The notes beneath the pieces are model-generated. The model saw only the letters and a program-made list of their open reading frames with translations, did no database searches and was not told the origin of the DNA. A stretch of DNA of 32,000 nucleotides from Planctopirus limnophila DSM 3776 (GTDB taxonomy: Bacteria; Planctomycetota; Planctomycetia; Planctomycetales; Planctomycetaceae), in assembly GCF_000092105.1 (NCBI RefSeq), contig NC_014148.1:510001-542000 (forward strand), in the 5' to 3' direction. The translations under genes were made by a program, and so were the position numbers. Shown piece by piece: positions 8,760-17,252 of this stretch (position 1 is its first letter; each line of letters starts with the position of its first letter).

Positions 8760-9290
8760 ATGCCTTACAATTCTGTTCTGTCACAACCGGGGTTGTTGAA
8801 AGACTTCCACATCAGAGCAGGGCATGCTGTGAATCCAGCCAAACCACCACTCCATACACCGGTGATCCTCCCGAAGGGACAGAAGTTGTCCTCTCTTCCA
8901 GAGGCCGATGCCGATGTTGACGCCACACAAACACTGAATTCCGTCGATCTGGATCGTCTCCTGACGATTCAAAAGTGGGCTCGTTTACTCGATGCTCGTT
9001 TCACTATTCCCGGCACCAGCATTCGCTATGGCTGGGATTCCATCATTGGCCTGGTTCCGTGGGCAGGGGATTTACTGACCGGGCTGGTCGGAGCATGGCT
9101 GGTATATCTGGCCTATCGAGTGGGTCTCCCTCGATGGCTGTTGCTGCAGATGTCGGCCAACATTGTTCTCGATTTCGCAGCCGGGAGCATTCCCGTTGTG
9201 GGAGATCTCTTCGATCTTGCCTTCAAAGCCCACATCCGCAATGCCATTCTGGTCGAGAATTACGTCAAAACCCAGCAAGCCGAACTGTAA
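8760..9290 (+). CDS. DUF4112 domain membrane protein
   Basis: 176 aa. The core LLDARFTIPGTSIRYGWDSIIGLVPWAGDLLTGLVGAWLVY...IPVVGDLFDLAFKAHIRN matches my recollection of the DUF4112 signature. GGAG lies about 10 nt upstream of the ATG. Confidence 0.8.
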   Translation: MPYNSVLSQPGLLKDFHIRAGHAVNPAKPPLHTPVILPKGQKLSSLPEADADVDATQTLNSVDLDRLLTIQKWARLLDARFTIPGTSIRYGWDSIIGLVPWAGDLLTGLVGAWLVYLAYRVGLPRWLLLQMSANIVLDFAAGSIPVVGDLFDLAFKAHIRNAILVENYVKTQQAEL

Positions 9291-9593
9291 GCCGTGGCTC
9301 TCATGGATCGAGTGGGCTATCAACGCGCGATCGGCAGGCGGGATGATCGTTTGGCAACCAGACTCAGGGCGATTCTTTTGAGGTCTGTCTGATCAACAGT
9401 CATCGCGAGATCGAGATTCTTCCCGGTCAATGTTTGGTACACGTCGTGCAGAGATTTGGGAATTGATAGTCTCCATGCGCGGTGAGGTATTGTTGTGCGA
9501 GCGCCTTTGTCTTCATCCGGGTCATGGATTTCACGCAGATTTAGGGCCTGATGGTCACAAAAAGCGAAATCCCAGGCATTTCGCTCCCTGAAA

Positions 9594-11519
9594 ATGAGGT
9601 TGCTGATGGTTCCAGCGAACGTCTCTGTTGAAAATCGTGTATCGGTTGAAAATCAGGCATCGAAACCATCAGAAACGGCTCCTCATCATGCGGGCATGGG
9701 GGCGATTCTTACACAACAAGGTGTGGCCTTCCGTGTTTGGGCACCACACGCCGAGGCCGTCTCTGTGGTGGGAGACTTCAACGACTGGCAGGAGACTCGA
9801 CATCCACTTTCCCAGGAGTACCGCGAGCAATTGGAAGATCATGAGCAGGCAGGAACTGCTCCAGAATCTGTCGCAAGTGGTTTCTGGTACGGCGAAGTCA
9901 CAGGGCTCAGTGTCGGTGCAGAGTATTTGTACGCCTTAAAACTTGGCGAGAAGTGGATGACGCGCATTGACCCCTACGCGAAAGAGGTCACGAATTCCGT
10001 GGGTCACGCCGTCGTGACAGATCCTCATTTTGACTGGCAGAACGATGCCTTCGAACTGCCACCCAGGAACGAACTTATCATTTATGAGATGCATATTGGC
10101 ACCTTCGCCAAAGATGCCGGCGATGGCCAGCCTGGAACACTTTCTTCAGCAATTCGCCAGCTCGATCATCTCAGACGCACGGGTGTAAACTGTGTCGAAA
10201 TCATGCCTCTGGCAGAATTCGCTGGCGATTTCTCCTGGGGTTACAATCCTGCTCACATTTTCGCTGTCGAGTCGAGTTATGGCGGGCCGAAAGCCTTTAA
10301 GGAGTTCGTTCGCGAAGCTCATCAAAGAGGCATCGGGGTCATTCTTGATGTTGTCTACAATCACTTCGGTCCATCTGATCTGAGTCTATGGCAATTCGAT
10401 GGCTGGAATGAAAATCAACTCGGCGGTATCTACTTCTATAACGACTGGCGAGCTGAAACTCCCTGGGGCAGCACCCGCCCGGATTACGGCCGACCCGAGG
10501 TTCGACAATACCTGTGTGATAATGCACTCCACTGGCTTGAAGACTTTCATTGCGATGGCCTCCGCTTTGATATGACGTTATATATTCGCAGTGTGCGTGG
10601 CGATGGCGACCCCGGCGGTGATCTCCCTGATGGGTGGTCTCTAACGCAGTGGATCAATCGCGAAATCCATGCGCGCCATCCCCAGGCCCTGACAATCGCG
10701 GAAGATCTTCACAATAAAGATGATCTGACAGCACCCGTCGAACGAGGCGGAGCTGCCTTCTCCGCGCAGTGGGATGCCAGGTTTGTTCATCCAGTACGAG
10801 AAGTCCTGATTGAACCCGATGATGATGACCGTTCACTCGATTCCATTAAGGGGGCCATCTTCGCCACTTTCAACGGCGACCCATTTGAACGTGTCATCTA
10901 TACCGAATCTCACGATGAGGTAGCAAACGGCAAAGCCCGCATCCCTTCAGAAGTCATGCCGCTCGAAACTCGCAACTGGTTTGCCCAGAAGCGCGCCACT
11001 TTAGGCCTCGCCCTGGTCATGACAACCCCCGGAATTCCAATGGTCTTTCAAGGACAGGAATTTCTGGAAGACGGCTGGTTCCGCGACGACGTGCCACTCG
11101 ACTGGGATAAAGCTATTGAACTCAAAGGAATTCTCCGGCTATTCCGGGATCTTTGCCACTTGAGACTCAATAACAAAGGCGTCTCTCGCGGATTGACAGG
11201 TTCAGGACTTGCACTGCTATATGAAGACCACACCGCTAAAACATTAGTATTCCACCGCTGGCATACACCAGCCCCACACGACGATATAGTAGTGATCCTC
11301 AATTTTTACCGCGAACCCCGGCAGGTCGAGTTCAATTTCCCTAATGCAGCGACCTGGCAACTGGAATTGAATTCAGACGCCAGGATTTACAGTCCAGAAT
11401 TCGCCAATACGCCCTGTATCGATCAGCTGAATCTGCAGGATGAAGCCACCAATCCAGCTCACCATGTTTCGCTCGAAGTCGGCCCTTACTCGGCCTTGAT
11501 CTTTTCGCGTCAAACGTAG
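9594..11519 (+). CDS. GH13 alpha-amylase-family enzyme with N-terminal CBM48-like domain (1,4-alpha-glucan branching-enzyme-like)
   Basis: 641 aa. GVAFRVWAPHAEAVSVVGDFNDWQ (CBM48-like). GH13 regions: ILDVVYNHFGP, DGLRFDMT, ITIAEDL, YTESHDEV. The start is ambiguous between 9594 and the Met at 9696 (MGAILTQ). Exact specificity (branching versus TreZ-like) cannot be decided by eye. Confidence 0.88.
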   Translation: MRLLMVPANVSVENRVSVENQASKPSETAPHHAGMGAILTQQGVAFRVWAPHAEAVSVVGDFNDWQETRHPLSQEYREQLEDHEQAGTAPESVASGFWYGEVTGLSVGAEYLYALKLGEKWMTRIDPYAKEVTNSVGHAVVTDPHFDWQNDAFELPPRNELIIYEMHIGTFAKDAGDGQPGTLSSAIRQLDHLRRTGVNCVEIMPLAEFAGDFSWGYNPAHIFAVESSYGGPKAFKEFVREAHQRGIGVILDVVYNHFGPSDLSLWQFDGWNENQLGGIYFYNDWRAETPWGSTRPDYGRPEVRQYLCDNALHWLEDFHCDGLRFDMTLYIRSVRGDGDPGGDLPDGWSLTQWINREIHARHPQALTIAEDLHNKDDLTAPVERGGAAFSAQWDARFVHPVREVLIEPDDDDRSLDSIKGAIFATFNGDPFERVIYTESHDEVANGKARIPSEVMPLETRNWFAQKRATLGLALVMTTPGIPMVFQGQEFLEDGWFRDDVPLDWDKAIELKGILRLFRDLCHLRLNNKGVSRGLTGSGLALLYEDHTAKTLVFHRWHTPAPHDDIVVILNFYREPRQVEFNFPNAATWQLELNSDARIYSPEFANTPCIDQLNLQDEATNPAHHVSLEVGPYSALIFSRQT

Positions 11520-11570
11520 CTGGCCTTAGACGATCAGTGGCTGAAGCGATTGGATCTCATGCCATAAAAC

Positions 11571-11594
11571 GGGCGACTCTACCATGAGTCGCCC
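11571..11594. terminator. Bidirectional intrinsic terminator between convergent genes
   Basis: Perfect 9-bp stem: GGGCGACTC (11571-11579) pairs with GAGTCGCCC (11586-11594), 6-nt loop. Flanked by ATAAAAC upstream and TCTTATTGT downstream. Lies between the GH13 stop (11519) and the minus-strand stop at 11636. Confidence 0.6.
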
Positions 11595-11635
11595 GTCTTA
11601 TTGTAATGCATACTGAAAAAAGAATGCGAGAACGG

Positions 11636-11866
11636 TTACCAATGGCGAAGACGCCAGCCCAGTACAAATCCGATACCCAGGCAGACCATTGCCGCAGTGC
11701 CAGGTTTTTCACGGGCGTAGACTTTCAGGTATTCTCCCAGATCATGAAATGGCTGAAGCTCACAACTCGGCTGCAAGGCATGAGAAAGCATCTCACTTTC
11801 TGGTAGTGAATTGTCTCTCTCTTGGCCAACTGGAATCGTCGCCTGATAACCTTCACTGGTAATCAT
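11636..11866 (-). CDS. Small tail-anchored protein with YqjD/ElaB (DUF883)-like C-terminal membrane anchor
   Basis: 76 aa ending ...YAREKPGTAAMVCLGIGFVLGWRLRHW, the pattern of the DUF883 C-terminal anchor. Last gene of a co-directional small-protein cluster. Confidence 0.5.
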   Translation of the reverse strand: MITSEGYQATIPVGQERDNSLPESEMLSHALQPSCELQPFHDLGEYLKVYAREKPGTAAMVCLGIGFVLGWRLRHW

Positions 11867-11965
11867 GATTGACTTTCTATGATAACTTGTTCTCGTGAAA
11901 CTCTATGAATCAAGCGGATTTCCGCCAGAGAATGAAACGTAGTAAGTGATCCAGAAAACGAATGA

Positions 11966-12442
11966 TTAGGGGCCTGTTGAGTCGTTGCTCTCATCCTGGT
12001 GTAATAGATGTCTCATCCATTGGAGATTAGCTCGGAACTCCTCCTGATTACTGGCGAGTGGTTCAATGGCACGCTGTAATCTCATCACAGCCCACGCCAA
12101 TGTTGTGACTGCGATGATCACACCCATGGCGGCTGTGCAAGCTAGAGACGCTTCTTGGGATAAGCCGACAGTCGTTTTCAGCCAGGCAGCTATCGCCATC
12201 AGTGCGATGGGTAAACTTCCCAGGAGTAGTGCACTACCTAGTGAAAACAGTCCCAGTGCCAGTTGCGATCTCTTCCAGAACTCAACAATGTCCATCTGGA
12301 AAAGTTGTAGTTGAAGATCGGCCAGTTTGAGACACTCGTGAACGATGGTGATGAGTGTCGGTGGCTGCTCATTGTTTCTGAAATTGCCGCGGCTGGCAGG
12401 TACCGGCTCGCGTTCATTCATCGCGATCTTTTCTGAATCCAT
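11966..12442 (-). CDS. YqjE-like / holin-X family (PF07332-like) two-TM membrane protein
   Basis: 158 aa with two long hydrophobic helices (LALGLFSLGSALLLGSLPIALMAIAAW and ACTAAMGVIIAVTTLAWAV). The alternative start at 12421 gives an ATGA overlap with the upstream stop. Confidence 0.6.
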   Translation of the reverse strand: MDSEKIAMNEREPVPASRGNFRNNEQPPTLITIVHECLKLADLQLQLFQMDIVEFWKRSQLALGLFSLGSALLLGSLPIALMAIAAWLKTTVGLSQEASLACTAAMGVIIAVTTLAWAVMRLQRAIEPLASNQEEFRANLQWMRHLLHQDESNDSTGP

Positions 12443-12714
12443 CCCCAGGTTGCTCCCATAGTCGCAGCGATCAAGAGGCTCATGGCCGCATTCTGCGCAA
12501 TCCAGCGATTCGCCACATCCCAGGCATCAACAGGTCTCTGTAAGCGACCGTTGTCGATCGTCCTTACGAGAAGCTTATTCTCAGTGAATCCCTCGGTAAC
12601 CCGTAATGCCTGAGTCGGATTCTCTCGTACTCTCATTTCCGATAGCACCCCATGATGTTGTGAAGAATTAGAATGGCTGCAGACAGGCCCTCGGTCAAAG
12701 CGATCTGCGATCAT
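12418..12714 (-). CDS. Hypothetical tail-anchored membrane protein (DUF883-like C-terminus)
   Basis: ORF-track entry 12418..12717 begins at a GTG. The ATG at 12714-12712 overlaps the upstream TGA by 1 nt (TGATG). C-terminus WIAQNAAMSLLIAATMGATWGWIQKRSR. Confidence 0.5.
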   Translation of the reverse strand: MIADRFDRGPVCSHSNSSQHHGVLSEMRVRENPTQALRVTEGFTENKLLVRTIDNGRLQRPVDAWDVANRWIAQNAAMSLLIAATMGATWGWIQKRSR

Positions 12715-13220
12715 CACCCATGGTAGAGGTGAAGGTTGTTTTCCGGTATTGGCGTATTTCGCGAATGGATATCATGAGTGCCGGGAGCATTGAACGTATC
12801 TGATGATGGATGCTCAGTCGCTGTTTGAACAGAGTTAATCAAACGATCAATTTGAGAAACACCATAGTTGATTGCACTGCGTAGGAGAAATTGGCTCGCA
12901 ATCGTCACTCCCGTCTGCCACAAAGTTGGTACAGCAGGTGACTGGCTGATCGGCTCATTGAACTGCTGTCGCTGAAGTTGCTTGACGATTTCCCGTCGCG
13001 TTGCCTCATCGATTTCTACCTGCACAGCAGGCGTTTTCCTCGGGATCAATAGATAACCGGCTGCCGCTGCAATTCCCACACTCAGGAGAGGGTGCTGGCT
13101 GACCTGATACTTCCAGTCCAGCCAGCGGTGGGCCTGAGCGCTCCACTCGCTGGAATGCTGATCAAGTTGTCGCCTCAACCGCCGCATCTTGAATCGAATT
13201 CTCTCTCGATCATCCATCAT
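12714..13220 (-). CDS. YqjK-like hypothetical membrane protein
   Basis: 168 aa. The N-terminal basic coiled segment DRERIRFKMRRLRRQLDQHSSEWSAQ followed by the TM HPLLSVGIAAAAGYLLIP recalls E. coli YqjK. First gene of the overlapping small-protein operon. Confidence 0.5.
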   Translation of the reverse strand: MMDDRERIRFKMRRLRRQLDQHSSEWSAQAHRWLDWKYQVSQHPLLSVGIAAAAGYLLIPRKTPAVQVEIDEATRREIVKQLQRQQFNEPISQSPAVPTLWQTGVTIASQFLLRSAINYGVSQIDRLINSVQTATEHPSSDTFNAPGTHDIHSRNTPIPENNLHLYHG

Positions 13221-13252
13221 ATGTCTTTCGGCGGTGAGGCTTTTTATTGAAG

Positions 13253-13281
13253 TATATAAGTAGCGTTTATAATAGCTACAA
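13253..13281 (-). promoter_or_regulatory. Candidate sigma70-type promoter for the yqjK-like operon
   Basis: Minus strand reads TTGTAG (13281-13276), a 17-nt spacer, then TATATA (13258-13253). This lies 32 nt upstream of the ATG at 13220, in an AT-rich 77-bp intergenic region. Consensus rules for this phylum are uncertain. Confidence 0.3.
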
Positions 13282-13297
13282 GATCGGGAACTTGTTA

Positions 13298-13723
13298 TCA
13301 GGCTCGGTCAGAACGTAGCAGCAGCGTGACGACGACTCCTGCCAGTAGTCCCACACCAAAGGCTGTCGTAATCGACTCGAGTGGACGCGATGCAACCATC
13401 TTGTGTGCTTCCTGCATCCCCGATTCAATCCCGCTCTCAATCGATCCCAATCCCTTGCCAGCGGCATGGGCAGCTGTCTGGGCATATTCACGAACTGTTT
13501 GTCCTGCATTGCCCAGGAAGTTCTGTCCGTTTTTCACCGCCCCTTGAACAAACTGCTCCAGTTGACGACGTGATTCTCCAGTCTTGCTTTCGAGCAGACC
13601 GATCAATTGCTCAGTATTCCCCTGGGCCTGCTGAAGTTCATCATCACTGATTTGGCCCCAGCGTTCCCGAATCTGACCTTTAAGGTGTGTCCACTGTCCT
13701 TGGATTTCTTCACGTGTAATCAT
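13298..13723 (-). CDS. CsbD-like general stress protein fused to a DUF883-like C-terminal membrane anchor
   Basis: 141 aa. The N-terminus EEIQGQWTHLKGQIRERWGQISDDELQQAQGNTEQLIGLL is a typical CsbD domain. The C-terminus ASRPLESITTAFGVGLLAGVVVTLLLRSDRA is a tail anchor. Confidence 0.82.
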   Translation of the reverse strand: MITREEIQGQWTHLKGQIRERWGQISDDELQQAQGNTEQLIGLLESKTGESRRQLEQFVQGAVKNGQNFLGNAGQTVREYAQTAAHAAGKGLGSIESGIESGMQEAHKMVASRPLESITTAFGVGLLAGVVVTLLLRSDRA

Positions 13724-13772
13724 GCTGATCGATTCCTAAACAAAAGTTCACTGTGTTGAGCGAGCGTCCCGT

Positions 13773-13803
13773 ACTAGTGATCTGATCCGATCAGAACACT
13801 AGT
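13773..13803. repeat. 15-bp inverted repeat (1 mismatch, 1-nt spacer) between the DUF1328 and csbD-like genes
   Basis: ACTAGTGATCTGATC (13773-13787), C, GATCAGAACACTAGT (13789-13803). Could be a terminator hairpin for the upstream gene or an operator for the downstream one. Confidence 0.5.
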
Positions 13804-13826
13804 CATCTTATTTATAGAGTGTCGAT

Positions 13827-13997
13827 TTATATCGAGGGGCGTCGTACTCCGCCCATAATCAGGCTCAATAAGAACAATATGATAAATACCACGAATAACA
13901 GTTTCGCAATCCAGGCTGCTGTACCAGCAATCCCGCCAAATCCCAAGACGCCGGCAATGATTGCCACAATCAAAAATGTCAGTGCCCAGCTCAGCAT
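13827..13997 (-). CDS. DUF1328 (YtjA-like) small membrane protein
   Basis: Within ORF 13827..14135, the internal ATG at 13997 is preceded by GGAGAGCATC. It gives the 56-aa [53 protein letters not shown], the characteristic DUF1328 sequence and length. Confidence 0.82.
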   Translation of the reverse strand: MLSWALTFLIVAIIAGVLGFGGIAGTAAWIAKLLFVVFIILFLLSLIMGGVRRPSI

Positions 13998-14549
13998 GAT
14001 GCTCTCCAATCTTCTGAATGCGTCATTTCGAAAAGTGTGAGACCTCGCCTGGCTTTCACAAAGCATTGGCAGCCTGATGTTCACACGCTTAAGAAATGAC
14101 TTTAGGAAATGGTTCGATTCGCAGTCGTAACTCAAAAAATTGTGTTGACTGATGAGCCCTGCAAAGCACGGGTCGTGCCAAACGCTCGAAAGTCACCAAT
14201 CGACTCGCGAATTCCTGTTTTTGACCCCGATCGATGGCGGGTCACCGCCCAACTGGTTGCCAATCGACCAGTTGGCAGTCGAAATCTTCTCATTTCCTTG
14301 GCCGCGGAGGTGCGGTCTTTATCAAGAAGATGAATCCCATGCGGCGAGCTGACTTAAAGGGTTATCTCCATTTCTCAGCCTCACGTGTGACAGTGCACTA
14401 AAAACATCTCTCAAAAAAGCTCCGGGGAAATGGGTGGCTTTCGACAGTTGCGGCCATACGGCATGCATCCCGGCCTCTACGAATACCAGGATTTGACAGC
14501 GCTGTAAGTGCCATGCTTGCGGCTCCGAGCAAGCATGCGTGACAGATTC

Positions 14550-14822
14550 TCAACGCGCCATTGATTGCGGAATGCGTATCACAGCGCCATGAACGGCAGG
14601 CTCACAGGCACAAAACTTTTGAATCCGGGGTACGAAATTTGCCTGATGATTTTCATCAACCAGCCTGATCCCTCCAAAAAGCGGCTCAACAAGACCAGAC
14701 CATTTTTTTCTGATCCCAACGGGATACGAAAGCTGGCCAAGAGTTACATCGCGCCCAGTTCCAACAGGTGTTCCAAGTATGCGATCCATGCCGCCTGGGG
14801 AATCGCATGATGACCTTTTCAT
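14550..14822 (-). CDS. Hypothetical protein, coding status uncertain
   Basis: 90-aa ORF with no family recognised. Its ATG overlaps (ATGA) the stop of a 30-codon ORF at 14819-14911. A perfect 9-bp hairpin (14512-14537) follows the stop. Confidence 0.25.
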   Translation of the reverse strand: MKRSSCDSPGGMDRILGTPVGTGRDVTLGQLSYPVGIRKKWSGLVEPLFGGIRLVDENHQANFVPRIQKFCACEPAVHGAVIRIPQSMAR

Positions 14823-15287
14823 GCGCGATCACAAGCTGTGATTTGCACACCTTCGATCTTCAATTTTCCATCAGGAGTCACATTTTGATCCTTCAGACCA
14901 CCGCCAGTCATTTGTTCAAAACACCAGTGAAGCGATCACAACCACGAAAAGAGTCGCTGGATCGGCAGTGGAATGATCCCTCCGTCGAGGAAATTTTTCT
15001 CGCCTGCCAGCAGATTCAGTCGGAGTGGCCCCCCGCAGAAAAGCGCAGGCGTCGATGTGCGGCTTTCCTGTGGAGTGACGAATTGCCCATTGAATTCCAT
15101 TAAATCTGAAGGTGAATACGTGTACTTCAGTCACCATTAACCGATTGAGCAGCAAGATTTTCGCTGTTAATCCAACGTGTAGATCCCGTTGATGGAGTGG
15201 TTTCAATCGACCATTGAAAGCCCTCCGCAAAATTTCTGTGGAAACTTTGCTGGTGAAGCAGGGCTCCAGGTATTTATCATTCGTGAT

Positions 15288-16313
15288 ATGAACACGATTG
15301 ATTGGAAACCGATTGTCCCGCTGATTGAATCTCATCAACGCATTCTGGTATCGAGCCATGTTCGACCAGACGCGGATGCCATTGGATCGGCTTTAGGCTT
15401 AGCCTGTCTGCTCAAACATCTCGGCAAGACAGTCCGCATTGTGAATCCCTCGGCACCGCCGGCCAATCTGTTCTGGATTGACCCCGAGCAGATGGTCGAA
15501 ACGTTTGGCGGCTCTGTGAATGGTGCCAGTCTGGCTGAGACCGATTTGCACATCATTGTCGATACCAGCGCCTGGCAACAATTGGGCGAACTCGGCAAAT
15601 GGATGCGCACGACCACCATTCCGAGGATCGTCATCGATCATCACGTCAGCAGTGATGATCTCGGAGCCATGGAATTCAAAGACACTCGATCGGAAGCGAC
15701 AGGTTCTTTGATTTTCCGTCTTTGCGAATTCATGAATGTTCCTCTTACCCAAGTCGCAGCGACGGCCCTTTATGCGGCCATTGCCACTGATACGGGCTGG
15801 TTCCGCTTTCCTGCCACCAATGCGCAAACGATGCAGATCGCGGGTGCACTCATGGAGCGTGGGGCCGACCCCACAGATATCTACCGTCATCTCTACGAGC
15901 AATCGACCCTTGCCAGGCTCCACCTTTGTGGCCGAGTTTTAGGGCGTGCTCAACTCGATGCCGATGGCCTGCTGGCATCGACAGTTGTGAAATGGAGCGA
16001 CTTTGTCGAACTCGGAGCAGTGCCTGCAGACACCGAAGATCTCGTGAACGAATGTCTGCGCATTGCTGGCACCAGAGCGGCCTACATCGGCGTTGAACAG
16101 ATGAATAGCCAGATCAAATTCAGCTTTCGCAGTCGTGGTGGACTGAACGTAGCTTCCATTGCCGAAAAGTTCGGGGGTGGTGGTCATAAACAGGCTGCCG
16201 GTGCAACTCTTCCCGGCCCCCTCGATGTGGCACACGCGCGAGTTCACGCAGCCATGCTCGAAGGCTTGAAAGCCCTTCCCGATCCTGCCAGCAGTTCAAT
16301 TCCTGCCAGTTAA
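15288..16313 (+). CDS. nrnA: DHH/DHHA1 family phosphoesterase (NrnA-like oligoribonuclease / pAp phosphatase)
   Basis: Motifs ILVSSHVRPDADAIGS, IVDTS, VIDHH and the DHHA1 motif GGGGHKQAAGA. The ORF opens at 15189, but the Met at 15288 (MNTIDWKP) gives the usual N-terminal spacing. Confidence 0.88.
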   Translation: MNTIDWKPIVPLIESHQRILVSSHVRPDADAIGSALGLACLLKHLGKTVRIVNPSAPPANLFWIDPEQMVETFGGSVNGASLAETDLHIIVDTSAWQQLGELGKWMRTTTIPRIVIDHHVSSDDLGAMEFKDTRSEATGSLIFRLCEFMNVPLTQVAATALYAAIATDTGWFRFPATNAQTMQIAGALMERGADPTDIYRHLYEQSTLARLHLCGRVLGRAQLDADGLLASTVVKWSDFVELGAVPADTEDLVNECLRIAGTRAAYIGVEQMNSQIKFSFRSRGGLNVASIAEKFGGGGHKQAAGATLPGPLDVAHARVHAAMLEGLKALPDPASSSIPAS

Positions 16314-16493
16314 GACAAACTCGGTTAAGACAAATCGAATCATATTTTCAAATCGGTGTATTTCGATGGGTTGACCGCGGCGGTATACTCAGGTTTCCAA
16401 GCAGGTTGTCAAAATGCCGACAGGAAGTTCGTCGTGTCAGCATTTGACATCCATTCCCTCCCACCCGAATTCCCACCGAGCGGTGTTTCCTTT

Positions 16494-17153
16494 ATGACGA
16501 CCAAACCCAGCGTGGCGTCTGAGTCTGAGGGATCACATCTCTCACCTCCTGCTCCAGCAGAGGCGATCGTTTCGCAGACATCAACCGATTTAGCGCCCTC
16601 GCGACGCGACGCTGTCGCAGCCATGCTCGCCTGTGGATCGTTTCTGGCTGCTGTCGCCATCCCGGTCTCTGCCGCAGTCGGCCTGACTCTCGATCCTCTC
16701 CTCAGAAAGTCCGGTAGCACTGCGGATTCATCTCCAGGAGGCAACCCGGCAGCAGAACTCGCCAGTGGATTTTTGCCAATCATCAGGTTTGACGAACTTC
16801 CTGAAGATGGAACTCCTGTCAAAAGTGTCGTGCGGATTGATGTCCGCGATGCCTGGCAGGTTTTTCCTGATCAGCCAGTCGGAACCATCTACCTGAGAAG
16901 ATTTCCAGATCGAACCGTCGTGGTCTTCAGCGATATCTGTCCGCATCTGGGTTGCAAAGTCGATTACGAAGCCGATCAAAGCCGGTTTTTCTGCCCCTGT
17001 CACTCCAGTGCCTTTGCGCTCGATGGCCAGGCCATGAATAAAGTCTCGCCCCGGCCGCTGGATCAATTGGAAGCACGCATTGATCCCTCCGGAATGGTCT
17101 GGGTCAAGTATCAGGAATTTCGAACCGGGATCCCGGAAAAAGTCGTTGTTTGA
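16494..17153 (+). CDS. Rieske [2Fe-2S] subunit of a cytochrome bc-type complex
   Basis: Cluster-binding boxes CPHLGCKV and CPCHSSAF. Tat-like SRRDAV motif followed by a TM helix. The ORF opens at 16356, but the ATG at 16494 (MTTKPS) is the more likely start. The cytochrome b gene follows directly. Confidence 0.88.
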   Translation: MTTKPSVASESEGSHLSPPAPAEAIVSQTSTDLAPSRRDAVAAMLACGSFLAAVAIPVSAAVGLTLDPLLRKSGSTADSSPGGNPAAELASGFLPIIRFDELPEDGTPVKSVVRIDVRDAWQVFPDQPVGTIYLRRFPDRTVVVFSDICPHLGCKVDYEADQSRFFCPCHSSAFALDGQAMNKVSPRPLDQLEARIDPSGMVWVKYQEFRTGIPEKVVV

Positions 17154-17252
17154 CAGCCCACAACAGACCTCGAACTCGACTCCATCTCATCAACCTTGAA
17201 GTGTCAGTTCGGCGTACAGCAGGTTCTCGCTGGCATTGAGGAATGCGGCAAT

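Noticed and set aside
9380-9520. Short minus-strand ORFs (26-32 codons) in the DUF4112-GH13 spacer
   Set aside because: They are too short, lack a ribosome-binding site and have no recognisable family. I treat them as chance ORFs. The 7-bp hairpin at 9564-9584 just before the GH13 ORF was noted but is unremarkable.
14105-14135. GGTTCGATTC string resembling a tRNA T-arm/T-loop
   Set aside because: The flanking bases cannot form the 5-bp T-stem or an acceptor stem (AATGG versus CGCAG do not pair). No cloverleaf can be drawn.
14916-15359. 147-aa minus-strand ORF overlapping the nrnA 5' region
   Set aside because: It runs antisense across the likely nrnA start and the upstream region, has no motifs and no Shine-Dalgarno. 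It is probably spurious.
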